A stretch of DNA of 64,000 nucleotides from an uncultured Clostridia bacterium (GTDB lineage Bacteria > Bacillota > Clostridia > Lachnospirales > Lachnospiraceae), in the NCBI GenBank assembly GCA_947303805.1, contig CAMYZE010000006.1:11216-75215 (forward strand), given 5' to 3'. Made by a program: the position numbers and the translations under genes. This document shows, piece by piece, positions 18,444-27,899 of the stretch. The number at the start of each line of letters is the position of its first letter. Position 1 is the stretch's first letter. A model generated the notes under the pieces. That model made no database searches, was not told the origin of the DNA, and was given only the letters and a program-made list of their open reading frames with translations.

Positions 18444-19460
18444 ATGAAAGTAATAGAAACAGAAAAAGCCATAGGAACAGTATTGTGTCACGATATAACA
18501 CAGATAATTCCAGGACAATTTAAAGGGGCTAAATTTAAAAAAGGCCATATTATAAAAGAGGAAGACATACCAATTCTTCTTTCAATGGGCAAAAAACACT
18601 TGTATGTGTATGAAACTGGAGAAAATATGCTTCATGAAAATGAAGCAGCTCTTTGCCTTCGTGATATGTGCATAAGTGAATATATGACAGAAAGTGAGAT
18701 AAGAGAAGGCAAAATTGAATTAATGAGCACGATTCGCGGATTTTTAAAAGTAGACCGAGACAGACTTATGCGGATTAATTCTCAAGATGAGTTAATGATT
18801 GCTACTCTTAAAGATGGAGATGTTGATGAGGGTAAAAAGATAGCAGGCATGAGAGTTATACCGCTTGTCATAGAGAAAGAAAAACTAGAGAATGCAAAAA
18901 AACTTATAGGTGATGGGCCACTTCTAAAAATTTATCCTTATAAAATAAAAAATTTTGGGATGGTTGTGACAGGATCTGAAGTGTACAACAAGATAATAGA
19001 CGATAAGTTTTCTCCAGTCGTTGAAAACAAACTACTAAAATATGGTGTGACACTAGTAGAAAAGATATACTGTGATGATGACAAGAAGATGATAGTAGAT
19101 GCTATAAATAAACTTAGAGATAAAAATGTTGATATGATAATTTGTACTGGAGGTATGTCGGTAGACCCCGATGATATGACACCATGGTCAATAATTGAAA
19201 GTGGTGCTGATGTAGTGAGTTATGGTTCTCCAATATTACCTGGCGCGATGATGCTTATAGGATATTTTGATAATGATGTACCAATACTTGGTCTCCCTGG
19301 ATGTGCTATGTATGCGGCAGCAACTGCATTTGATGTGATGCTTCCAAAAGTCCTTGCAAAAATTAAATGGACTAAAGAAGAAATTGCAGAGCTTGGATAT
19401 GGAGGACTTTGCCAAAATTGTAAAGTTTGCCATTTCCCAAATTGCAATTTTGGAAATTGA
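18444..19460 (+). CDS. Molybdopterin-binding (MoaB/Mog/MoeA-type MoCF_biosynth domain) protein with Cys-rich C-terminus
   Basis: 338 aa. It has the central pattern VVTGSEV...IICTGGMSVDPDDMT...PGAM typical of the MoCF-binding fold, and the tail CQNCKVCHFPNC. Confidence 0.6.
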   Translation: MKVIETEKAIGTVLCHDITQIIPGQFKGAKFKKGHIIKEEDIPILLSMGKKHLYVYETGENMLHENEAALCLRDMCISEYMTESEIREGKIELMSTIRGFLKVDRDRLMRINSQDELMIATLKDGDVDEGKKIAGMRVIPLVIEKEKLENAKKLIGDGPLLKIYPYKIKNFGMVVTGSEVYNKIIDDKFSPVVENKLLKYGVTLVEKIYCDDDKKMIVDAINKLRDKNVDMIICTGGMSVDPDDMTPWSIIESGADVVSYGSPILPGAMMLIGYFDNDVPILGLPGCAMYAAATAFDVMLPKVLAKIKWTKEEIAELGYGGLCQNCKVCHFPNCNFGN

Positions 19461-19462
19461 TA

Positions 19463-19490
19463 TTGACAATTTTGTTTAAAGTGATAAAAT
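19463..19490 (+). promoter_or_regulatory. Promoter candidate for the mop operon
   Basis: TTGACA, a 16-nt spacer, then TGaTAAAAT (extended -10). Confidence 0.6.
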
Positions 19491-19504
19491 ATATATAATT
19501 GATT

Positions 19505-19669
19505 TAATGTTGCGAGCTACTTAAGCCCAATGGGTTTAAATAGCCAATGAGTGTAGATAGTAATGTTTGCGCTTGCCTTTTGCGAAGTAGCATTAATTGT
19601 TTTTTACATATAATTTTGAATAAAGCAACATTAGATGATTTATATATATATTTCATTTAATGTTTTTTT
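19505..19669 (+). promoter_or_regulatory. Structured leader with terminator (unassigned riboswitch-like element, copy A)
   Basis: The core is GCGAG-N27-CCAATGAGTGTA-N16-CTTGCCTTTTGCGAAG. The terminator is AACATTAGATGA/TCATTTAATGTT plus T5 at 19627..19669. The 5' segment TAATGTTGC is complementary to the terminator 5' arm. A paralogous element lies at 34244..34392. Confidence 0.6.
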
Positions 19670-19703
19670 ATTACATATTATTTATTTATAGGAGGAAATA
19701 ACT

Positions 19704-19913
19704 ATGAAATTAAGCGCTAGAAATCAATTTAAAGGAAAGGTTGTAGAGATTAAGGAAGGAGCAGTAAATGGGACTGTAAAAATCGACATCGGTGGTGGCA
19801 ATGTGATTAGTTCTGTAATTACTATGGCTTCAATTAAGGAATTAGGACTTGCAGTTGGTAAGGAAGCATATGCAGTAATTAAAGCATCTTCAGTTATGGT
19901 TGGAGTAGATTAA
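19704..19913 (+). CDS. mop: Molbindin (Mop, TOBE-domain molybdate/tungstate-binding protein)
   Basis: 69 aa beginning MKLSARNQFKGKV..., with VKASSVMV near the end. This is the classic Mop/TOBE sequence. Confidence 0.85.
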   Translation: MKLSARNQFKGKVVEIKEGAVNGTVKIDIGGGNVISSVITMASIKELGLAVGKEAYAVIKASSVMVGVD

Positions 19914-19948
19914 GCAATAATTGTAAGAATGAAAGGAAGGTTGTAGTA

Positions 19949-21091
19949 ATGGCTCTAAAAGATATACATCAAAGCGTTGTATCAAACGATAATATAGATG
20001 TATATTTTGATGTGAATGTTTCTGAAAATGAAAAAGAGAAAGATTTAAACACTAGTAAATATTTAAAAGAAATCAAAGAAAACAATAGTAGAAGCATAGT
20101 GATAGGATTTTTTATCGTTATGCTTCTTTTTTTTGTAATTCTAATATCTTTTAATGTCGGTAGATATGCAGTAAGTATTGATCAAGTTGTAAAAATATTA
20201 TTTAAAGATATTTTCCATTTTGAAAAGACCTGGGAAGATGTATATGAAACTATAGTTTGGAATGTGCGAATGCCAAGAATAATTGCCGCATTGCTTGTAG
20301 GTGCATCTCTTTCTGTGGCAGGAGCCACATACCAGGGTCTATTTAGAAACCCCATGGTGTCACCTGATATTTTAGGTGCTTCAGCAGGAGCAAGTGTAGG
20401 AGCTTGCCTTATGATGCTACTTAAACAAAATGGGGTTACAATTCAAATAGCTGCATTTGCATTTGGCTTACTTGCTGTGTCACTCACTTATAGTTTGAGT
20501 AAAGCAATTAGCAAAAGTGCAGATATGGTATTAATGCTTGTGTTATGCGGTCTTATAGTATCAACATTATTTCAGGCATTCGTATCTATAATCAAGTATG
20601 TTGCTGATACTGATTTATTGCTTCCTGAAATTACATATTGGCTTATGGGAAGTATTGCAAAAGTCACCTATAAAGATCTAATGTTCTTTATGATACCATT
20701 TATTTTTGGAGTTGTGCCCATAATGATGATAAGGTGGCAGTTGAATGTCATGTCATTTGGAGAAGATGAAGCAAAAGCCATGGGTGTCAATGTAAGTTTG
20801 ATAAGACTTATTTGTATTATATGTTCAACTCTTTTAACTGCTGGAGTTGTGTCGATTGCAGGAACAGTGGGATGGGTTGGACTTATGATACCTCACTTGG
20901 TTAGATTTATGGTGGGACCTAATAATGGAAAACTTCTTCCAATATCATTTCTAACTGGATCGCTTTTTATGCTTATCGTAGATGATGTCTGTAGGTCAGC
21001 ACTTGCATATGAGATACCATTAGGTGTATTAACTTCACTTATTGGTGCACCATTTTTTATATTGATTTTGTATAAACATAAAGGTAATTAA
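19949..21091 (+). CDS. FecCD/BtuC-family ABC permease (system 1) with about 60-aa N-terminal extension
   Basis: It carries the motifs PRIIAALLVGASLSVAGATYQGLFRNPMVSPDILG and IPLGVLTSLIGAPFF. Confidence 0.8.
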   Translation: MALKDIHQSVVSNDNIDVYFDVNVSENEKEKDLNTSKYLKEIKENNSRSIVIGFFIVMLLFFVILISFNVGRYAVSIDQVVKILFKDIFHFEKTWEDVYETIVWNVRMPRIIAALLVGASLSVAGATYQGLFRNPMVSPDILGASAGASVGACLMMLLKQNGVTIQIAAFAFGLLAVSLTYSLSKAISKSADMVLMLVLCGLIVSTLFQAFVSIIKYVADTDLLLPEITYWLMGSIAKVTYKDLMFFMIPFIFGVVPIMMIRWQLNVMSFGEDEAKAMGVNVSLIRLICIICSTLLTAGVVSIAGTVGWVGLMIPHLVRFMVGPNNGKLLPISFLTGSLFMLIVDDVCRSALAYEIPLGVLTSLIGAPFFILILYKHKGN

Positions 21092-21871
21092 ATGGAATTA
21101 AGAATTGAAAATGGAATATGTGGTTATAAAAATGTTCCTATTATTAAAAATATAAGTATTGGATTTAAGCAAGGAGAAATAGTTGGTATTCTCGGGCCAA
21201 ATGGTGTTGGTAAAACGACAATGTTTAGATCTATACTCGGATTTCTGCCACTTATAAAAGGCAACATAACACTTGACAATGTAAATAAGAGTGACATTAG
21301 TGTAAAAGAGTTTTCAAAAAACGTTGCTTATGTCCCACAAAGTAATAATCCGCCATTTCCATTTGCAGTGCCTGATGTAGTGGTGATGGGTAGGATAAGT
21401 AGATTGAAAAGATTTGAAAGACCTGGAATAAAAGACTATTTAGTTGCCTATAAAGCTCTTGAAGTATTATCTGTATCTTACTTAAGAGATAAGATATTTA
21501 CAGAAATATCTGGTGGTGAAAGGCAAATGGTTTTAATTGCAAGAGCATTGGCACAAAGTCCAAAACTTTTAGTTATGGATGAACCGACAGCAAATCTCGA
21601 TTTGGGAAATCAAATTAGAGTATTGTCCACAATCAGGCATTTGTCGAGTATGGGATTGGGTGTACTTATGACAACGCATAGTCCAGATCATGCTTTTCTA
21701 TGTTGCGACAGAGTGATTCTCATAACTAAAAACAAAGAAGTGGTAACTGGAACAGTAGATGAAATAGTTACTGAAGAAAATTTAAAGAGAGCATATAATG
21801 TTGATGTAAAAATTACAGAGATTAAAGGTAGCGACGGAAAAGCAATTAAAACATGTGTACCATTAATTTAA
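21092..21871 (+). CDS. ABC transporter ATPase (FecE/BtuD-like, system 1)
   Basis: Walker A GPNGVGKTT, signature SGGERQ and Walker B LLVMDEPT are all present. Confidence 0.85.
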   Translation: MELRIENGICGYKNVPIIKNISIGFKQGEIVGILGPNGVGKTTMFRSILGFLPLIKGNITLDNVNKSDISVKEFSKNVAYVPQSNNPPFPFAVPDVVVMGRISRLKRFERPGIKDYLVAYKALEVLSVSYLRDKIFTEISGGERQMVLIARALAQSPKLLVMDEPTANLDLGNQIRVLSTIRHLSSMGLGVLMTTHSPDHAFLCCDRVILITKNKEVVTGTVDEIVTEENLKRAYNVDVKITEIKGSDGKAIKTCVPLI

Positions 21872-21918
21872 AATAATCGAAATATAATTAAAGGAGGCTG
21901 TGGAAACACAGAATAATA

Positions 21919-23013
21919 ATGAGTAATAAAGTTTTAAATAAGATCAAAATGCTAATTTTTTCAGTGCTTACAGTTATTATAATATTGGTGACAGCTTGTA
22001 GTTCAAATAAATCTGTTGATAGTTCGAGTGCGAGCAAGGATGCTGTCACAGTTAATGAAAAGAAAACAAGAAAGATAGTAGACATGAAAGGGGTAGAAGT
22101 TGAGATACCTGAAAAAGTAAATACATTTGTAGAAAGTTGGTTTGCTCACAATGCTGTAGATGTGATGTTGAGAAATGCAGAGGGAATGCTTGTGACTTGT
22201 TGCGATGAACCATCATATCAATGGATGTATAAGGTGTGTGATAATTTAAGTAAGGCTCAGTTTGCAAAATTTTCAGATTCTATGAATCTAGAAGAGATTA
22301 TTTCTTTAAACCCAGATGTTGTATTTGGTTCAAATGAAAAATATAGAGATATGTTTACAAATGTAGGTATACCTTTTGTAAATTGTACGTTTACAAATTA
22401 TGATGAGATGAAGAGGTCTATAAAACTTACTGCAGAAGTTTTTGGCGGTGATGCAGTCGATAAAGCGAATAGATATATTTCTTATCTTGATACAAAGCTA
22501 AGTGAAGTCAAAAAGGTAACTGATACTGTGCCTGAAGATAAAAAAACTACAATTGTGCATGGTAGTTCAGTCTACAAGATGGGTGTTGATGGCAGAAACA
22601 CTATTATAAATGATTGGATAGGATATAGCGGAGGCATCAATGCAGCTGCTAATGATATAGATGGTAATTTACAGACTATGACTATGGAACAATTACTTCT
22701 TTGGGATCCAGATGTAATTATTACAGGTGATACGGAGGAAGAAGTCGATAAAATTATGTCAGATGCTTCATGGCAAAACTTAAAGGCCGTGAAAGAAGGC
22801 AGAGTATATGCCAACCCGAAAGGTATATTTGCATGGGATAGGTATGGAGTAGAGGAGGCACTACAATTTCAATGGTGTTCACAAAAATTATACCCAGAAC
22901 TATTTAAAGATTTTGACATAAAAGCTGAGCTTAAAAAATTCTATAAGGACTTCCTAGATTATGAATTAAGTGATGAAGATGCTGAAAAAATCCTAAGGCA
23001 CCAAAATCCATAA
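21919..23013 (+). CDS. Periplasmic-binding-protein (class 8, FecB/BtuF-like) lipoprotein (system 1)
   Basis: It has a signal peptide with lipobox LVTAC, the LNPDVVFG motif, and LLWDPDVIITGD typical of the siderophore/cobalamin-type SBP fold. Confidence 0.7.
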   Translation: MSNKVLNKIKMLIFSVLTVIIILVTACSSNKSVDSSSASKDAVTVNEKKTRKIVDMKGVEVEIPEKVNTFVESWFAHNAVDVMLRNAEGMLVTCCDEPSYQWMYKVCDNLSKAQFAKFSDSMNLEEIISLNPDVVFGSNEKYRDMFTNVGIPFVNCTFTNYDEMKRSIKLTAEVFGGDAVDKANRYISYLDTKLSEVKKVTDTVPEDKKTTIVHGSSVYKMGVDGRNTIINDWIGYSGGINAAANDIDGNLQTMTMEQLLLWDPDVIITGDTEEEVDKIMSDASWQNLKAVKEGRVYANPKGIFAWDRYGVEEALQFQWCSQKLYPELFKDFDIKAELKKFYKDFLDYELSDEDAEKILRHQNP

Positions 23014-23058
23014 GCTGCAAGACCCTGATTTTCGCATAATTTTGTTAAATTATTTTAC

Positions 23059-23086
23059 TTGTAAAATCATTTAAAAGTGATATAAT
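23059..23086 (+). promoter_or_regulatory. Promoter candidate upstream of the fdhD leader
   Basis: TTGTAA, a 16-nt spacer, then TGaTATAAT (extended -10). Confidence 0.55.
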
Positions 23087-23094
23087 TAATGTAA

Positions 23095-23203
23095 TTAAAT
23101 ATAAGAAATATCCCCCCCCTGACGCTTAAGAAGTATCTGAGGCGAAAGATATGGTAGAGAATTTTTAGGAGCAATGACCATATCTTGTGATATGGTCTTT
23201 TTT
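23095..23203 (+). promoter_or_regulatory. Leader with C8 tract, alternative pairings and an intrinsic terminator (attenuator/riboswitch-like)
   Basis: The terminator is GACCATATC-ttgt-GATATGGTC plus T6 (23176..23203). AAGATATGGT (23146-55) can pair with the terminator 5' arm as an antiterminator. ATATC (23108-12) can sequester GATAT. Confidence 0.5.
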
Positions 23204-23209
23204 ATAATT

Positions 23210-24004
23210 ATGAAAATTACAAATCTTTACAAAGAAAAAGAAAATACAGAAGTTAGGGATTCTATAATCCATAAGGAAAATGGAGAGAAAGAAAACTTAC
23301 CATATGAGCTTTTAAATGAGCACTTAATTAAAGTGTATATCAATGAGAGAGAGGCTATGAGTTTAGTTTGTACCGGAACTAATCTTGTTGAATTAGTTGT
23401 TGGAAGAATAGTAAGTGAAGGTATCGTAAAAAATATTGACGATATTGAGAGCATATATATTTGTGAATATGGCCTTAGAGCAAAACTGATGATTAAAAAT
23501 TATGTACACGATGCGTGTAAACTTAAGGCATCAGATGATGTTGCAAGTTGCTGCCAAGATAATAGGACATATCTGAAGAGTGAAACAAAACTTGAGAAAG
23601 TAAATAAAATTATGGAAGTAAGTGATAAAGATGTGTTTAATCTTGCAGAGGCATTTAATGAAGATTCAAAGATTCACAAGATGACTTCTGGCACACATGC
23701 TGCATATCTATATTATGATGGCAAGGTAGTAAAATCATTTGAAGATATAGGAAGACATAATGCTCTTGATAAGATCATAGGATTTATATATATGAATAAT
23801 TATGTGCCTGAGAAATGCATAGTCTTTACTACAGGCAGAGTTCCGGTTGATATGGCAAGAAAGGCAATCTATTCAAAACTAGGATGTCTTGTATCAAAAG
23901 CAGTGCCAACTTCAGATGCAGTTGATTTAGCAAAGGAATATAATTTAAATCTTATTTGCAGAGCATGGAGAGATTCTTATCAAGTTTTTAACGAAGCACA
24001 TTAA
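23210..24004 (+). CDS. fdhD: Formate dehydrogenase accessory sulfurtransferase FdhD
   Basis: SGTHAAYLY and GRHNALDKIIG motifs are present. The start is placed at the ATG after the terminator hairpin. The alternative in-frame start at 23174 lies inside that hairpin, with an AGGAG only 2 nt upstream. Confidence 0.8.
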   Translation: MKITNLYKEKENTEVRDSIIHKENGEKENLPYELLNEHLIKVYINEREAMSLVCTGTNLVELVVGRIVSEGIVKNIDDIESIYICEYGLRAKLMIKNYVHDACKLKASDDVASCCQDNRTYLKSETKLEKVNKIMEVSDKDVFNLAEAFNEDSKIHKMTSGTHAAYLYYDGKVVKSFEDIGRHNALDKIIGFIYMNNYVPEKCIVFTTGRVPVDMARKAIYSKLGCLVSKAVPTSDAVDLAKEYNLNLICRAWRDSYQVFNEAH

Positions 24005-24006
24005 TT

Positions 24007-25017
24007 ATGAGAAAAGTGAAAACAGTTAATAAAAAAATAAATATATTGGTGGCGATATTGTTGGTTGTTTTGCCAATAATAATATCTATTATTTGTCTTG
24101 GATTTGGAAGGCTTAGCATACCTACACGTGAAATTATTGATTACTTTAAAGGTCATGAAATATCAAAACAAAATGTATTAATATTATCTAATGTCCGCAT
24201 ACCAAGAATAATTTCAGCTATTCTAGTAGGAGCTTCTCTTCCTCTTGCTGGTCTCATATTTCAATCTTATTTTTCAAATCCACTGGCAACGCCTGACACT
24301 TTGGGAGTTGCAAGTGGATCTAGTTTTGGAGCGGCACTTGCAATTCTATTTGGATTTAATATTTTTGGAATTGAAATTTCTGCATTTGTATTTGGGCTTT
24401 TAACTATTGTTATAACTGGAATTACAGGTATAAAGAGAGATGAGTCAAAGCAGACAATCATCCTTGCGGGCATAATAGTTGGTTCGCTTTTCCAAAGCCT
24501 TGTATCACTTGTTAAGTTTGTGGCTGATACTGACACGGTCCTTCCATCTATAACATTTTTTCTTATGGGAAGTTTTCAATCTATAGGCAAGGAGACATTA
24601 TTTGTAAGTGGACCTATAATCATAATTTGCATATTGATAATATTTTTACTTAGGTGGAGAATCAATCTTCTCACAGTTGATGAAGAAGTTGTAAAAACTA
24701 TGGGAGTAAATATTACTTTACTTAGAATGATAGTAATAGTTGCAGCGACTGTAATAACTGCTATTTCTATAGCTATGGCAGGTCAAGTGGGATGGGTTGG
24801 ACTTATAGTGCCACATTTTTGCAGGATGCTTGTGGGTGAAAACCATACTAAGCTTGTGCCATTCACTATAAGCATTGGCATTTGCTTTATGGTTATAATT
24901 GACACTTTGGCGAGGTCTATGTTTGCTGCTGAGATACCAATATCAGTTTTGACTTCATTAATAGGTGCACCATTTTTCATATATATGATTAGAAGTAGAG
25001 AAGGAGTTAAATTATGA
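24007..25017 (+). CDS. FecCD/BtuC-family ABC permease (system 2)
   Basis: It carries the motifs PRIISAILVGASLPLAGLIFQSYFSNPLATPDTLG and IPISVLTSLIGAPFF. Confidence 0.8.
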   Translation: MRKVKTVNKKINILVAILLVVLPIIISIICLGFGRLSIPTREIIDYFKGHEISKQNVLILSNVRIPRIISAILVGASLPLAGLIFQSYFSNPLATPDTLGVASGSSFGAALAILFGFNIFGIEISAFVFGLLTIVITGITGIKRDESKQTIILAGIIVGSLFQSLVSLVKFVADTDTVLPSITFFLMGSFQSIGKETLFVSGPIIIICILIIFLLRWRINLLTVDEEVVKTMGVNITLLRMIVIVAATVITAISIAMAGQVGWVGLIVPHFCRMLVGENHTKLVPFTISIGICFMVIIDTLARSMFAAEIPISVLTSLIGAPFFIYMIRSREGVKL

Positions 25018-25796
25018 TTTTAGAAATTAAAAATTTAACTTTTTCTTATGATAAGCATATAGTTTTTAAGGATTTAAATTTCAAACTAGAAAGCCCCGAT
25101 GTCTTATCAATACTTGGCCCAAATGGCATAGGAAAAACTACTTTAATTAAATGTCTCCTTGGTGTAAAGAAAAAAACTAGTGGAGAAATATTGGTTGATG
25201 GTAAGGAGATAGATGGCTTTAATAAAAAAGATTTTTATTCTTTTGTTGCCTATCTTAAGCAAGGCGGAAAAGAGACATCTATATATACAGTACTTGATAC
25301 AGTCTTACTTGGGCTTGCAAGTCAGATAAATCCGCTTTTAAAGCCAAAAGACAGTGATATATTAAAAGTTAATAATATATTAAATGAACTTGGTATATAT
25401 CATTTGAAAGATAAATATGTTTCAAGACTAAGTGGTGGTGAGGCACAGATGGTATTTATGGCAAGAGCACTTGTGAGAGAACCAGAGATTCTTATACTTG
25501 ATGAACCTGAGTCAAATCTTGATTACAGAAATCAATTACTTATGCTTGACACAATTGATAGATTAAAAACACACGGCAAACTAATTATTTTCAACACTCA
25601 CTATCCAGAACATGCCTTAAGATATTCAAATAAAGTTTTATTACTCAATGACTCTTATAAATATAAATTTGGCAACACAGGCGACATTATCACAAAAGAA
25701 AATATAGAAGCTACCTATAAAATTAAAGCTGCAGTGGGAGAACTAAAAGACGGCGATACAACATATAAAGATATTATCCCATTATCAATCGTATAA
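25014..25796 (+). CDS. ABC transporter ATPase (system 2)
   Basis: Walker [10 protein letters not shown], signature SGGEAQ and Walker B ILILDEPE are present. Its start overlaps the permease stop. Confidence 0.85.
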   Translation: MILEIKNLTFSYDKHIVFKDLNFKLESPDVLSILGPNGIGKTTLIKCLLGVKKKTSGEILVDGKEIDGFNKKDFYSFVAYLKQGGKETSIYTVLDTVLLGLASQINPLLKPKDSDILKVNNILNELGIYHLKDKYVSRLSGGEAQMVFMARALVREPEILILDEPESNLDYRNQLLMLDTIDRLKTHGKLIIFNTHYPEHALRYSNKVLLLNDSYKYKFGNTGDIITKENIEATYKIKAAVGELKDGDTTYKDIIPLSIV

Positions 25797-25798
25797 AA

Positions 25799-25820
25799 GT
25801 TGGGCGAGTTGCACGAGCCC
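25799..25820 (+). repeat. REP-like repeat copy
   Basis: GTTGGGCGAGTTGCACGAGCCC is followed directly by GAGGAGG and the nifH-like start. Confidence 0.7.
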
Positions 25821-25831
25821 GAGGAGGACAT

Positions 25832-26578
25832 ATGAAAAAATTTGCAATTTATGGAAAAGGCGGCATTGGTAAATCTACCACCGTATCAAATCTATCAGCC
25901 GCATTTGCTGACATGGGAAAGAGTGTAATGCAAATTGGCTGCGATCCAAAAGCTGACTCTACAGGACTTATTACTCATGGCAAAAAAGTAAATACAACTT
26001 TAGAACTTATAAGAGATAAAAAAGACAATTTCGAGCTTGATGATATGATTAGACTTGGATATAAAGATATAGTTTGTGCTGAGGCAGGAGGTCCAACTCC
26101 GGGACTTGGATGTGCAGGTCGTGGAATTATTTGTGCACTCGAAAAACTTGAAGAGAAGGGTGCATATAAGAAATATAAACCAGACATAGTCTTTTATGAT
26201 GTACTTGGTGATGTAGTCTGTGGCGGTTTCTCTATGCCTATGAGAAGTGGATATGCAGATAAAGTATTTGTTATTACATCTGGTGAAAATATGTCTATAT
26301 ATGCTGCAGCCAATATTTGTATGGCTATAGAAAATTTTAAAGGCAGAGGTTATGCAAAGCTTGGTGGTATTATATTAAATAAAAAGAATGTGAAAGATGA
26401 AGAGAAGAAAGTAAAAGAACTTTGTAAAGAGTTCAAAACTAAGATTGTAGGAGTTTTGCCATTTGATGAGATAGTTCATAAGGCTGAAGATTTGAAAAAA
26501 ACCGTCATTGAAGCATTTCCAAATAGTGATATGGCTAAGGCTTATAAGAAACTTGCGAAGGAGGTACTTGATGCTTAG
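25832..26578 (+). CDS. NifH/BchL/CfbC-family ATP-dependent reductase component (nitrogenase iron protein-like, 248 aa)
   Basis: It has the P-loop [10 protein letters not shown], switch CDPKADS, and the cluster cysteines in GCAGRG and VCGGF. Confidence 0.85.
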   Translation: MKKFAIYGKGGIGKSTTVSNLSAAFADMGKSVMQIGCDPKADSTGLITHGKKVNTTLELIRDKKDNFELDDMIRLGYKDIVCAEAGGPTPGLGCAGRGIICALEKLEEKGAYKKYKPDIVFYDVLGDVVCGGFSMPMRSGYADKVFVITSGENMSIYAAANICMAIENFKGRGYAKLGGIILNKKNVKDEEKKVKELCKEFKTKIVGVLPFDEIVHKAEDLKKTVIEAFPNSDMAKAYKKLAKEVLDA

Positions 26579-27899
26579 GTCTGTTAGTGAAGAACATGGA
26601 AACATTGCAATAGGTAAATCATTAAAAGAAATTAATGCTGATGCACCATTTGACACAGGACTCGAATATGGTTGCCCAGCAAGAGGTACATGGAATATAG
26701 TTCATACTGGATTTTTAGTTCCAGAATGTCATGAAGTATTCGTATGTGCAGCTAATTGTCTTAGAGGAGTAGTACTTACAGCTGCTGAGATGGGGACTAT
26801 TGGTCAATTTTCAACAGTCACTATCAAAGAAAATAATGTACTTGATGGAAATATGGAAGAACTTCTTATAGATGGAGTCACTTCCATAATTAAAAAGTTA
26901 AAAAAGAAACCAAGAGCGATTCTAGTTTATACAAGTTGTATACATCATTTTATGGCGCTTGATTTAGACCTATGTTATAAAACACTTCGTAAGAGGTTTC
27001 CAAAGATAAAGTTCACTGATTGCTATATGAATCCAATTATGAGAAAGAGTGGAATGACGCCAGATGAACTTATGAGAAGACAGCTTTATTCACTTATAGA
27101 TAAGACTGACAAAAAAGATAATGGAATAAATATATTTGGAAATAACTACGCAACCGATGAGAGCAGTGATCTTGTGAGACTTATAAGGTCTAGTAAATAT
27201 AAATTAAGAGATATTACATATTGTAGGACATTTGACGAATATGAAGAGATGGGGAAGAGTAGATTTAATATTGCCTATCTCGGTGTTGCAAAGAAGGGAT
27301 TGTACGATATAAGCAACAAACTTGATCAAGAAGCGATATTCATCCCAATTAGTTATGACCCAAATACAATAAAAAGTTATTTGAAAACACTTGCTGATAC
27401 TATAAATGTAGACATCAACAAATTTGACTTTAAGGAAGATGAAGCACTTACTAAACTTAAAGAAGCCAAAAAAGTCATTGGGAACACAGCAATCGCTATT
27501 GATTACACATTTACTCCAGCAACATTAAGTCTCGCAAAACTTTTACTCGACTATGATTTCAATGTTAAAAAAATATATATTGATTCAATCGGAGAGAAAG
27601 ATATACTTGATGAGATCAAAAAGAAATATAGTGATAGAGACATAATGTTTTACCCTACAGTAAATGTTGCGATGAGGAAGAATGATAGAGAACAAAGTGA
27701 AAAGTACTTGGCACTCGGCCAAAAAGCTGCATACTTCACAGATACAAATTATTTTGTAAATGAAGTGGAGTGCGGTGGTCACTATGGATTTGACGGCATC
27801 AAAAGACTTGCAGAGAATATGATAGAAGCAAATTCGAAAGAAAAAGATGCGTCAATATTAATTCAAAAGAAAGGATTGGGGTGTAACTGTTTATTATGA
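26571..27899 (+). CDS. Nitrogenase component-1-type oxidoreductase, NifD/NifE-like subunit (442 aa)
   Basis: The ATG at 26571 overlaps the nifH-like stop by 8 nt; the track start at 26508 would run through the nifH-like 3' end. Cysteines sit in YGCPARG and TSCIHH contexts analogous to the NifD/E cluster-ligand positions. Confidence 0.65.
   Translation: MLRSVSEEHGNIAIGKSLKEINADAPFDTGLEYGCPARGTWNIVHTGFLVPECHEVFVCAANCLRGVVLTAAEMGTIGQFSTVTIKENNVLDGNMEELLIDGVTSIIKKLKKKPRAILVYTSCIHHFMALDLDLCYKTLRKRFPKIKFTDCYMNPIMRKSGMTPDELMRRQLYSLIDKTDKKDNGINIFGNNYATDESSDLVRLIRSSKYKLRDITYCRTFDEYEEMGKSRFNIAYLGVAKKGLYDISNKLDQEAIFIPISYDPNTIKSYLKTLADTINVDINKFDFKEDEALTKLKEAKKVIGNTAIAIDYTFTPATLSLAKLLLDYDFNVKKIYIDSIGEKDILDEIKKKYSDRDIMFYPTVNVAMRKNDREQSEKYLALGQKAAYFTDTNYFVNEVECGGHYGFDGIKRLAENMIEANSKEKDASILIQKKGLGCNCLL

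Noticed and set aside
26508-26570. N-terminal extension of the NifD-like ORF ([21 protein letters not shown]...).
   Set aside because: It overlaps the last 70 nt of the nifH-like gene in another frame. The ATG at 26571 gives the typical short overlap of coupled genes.
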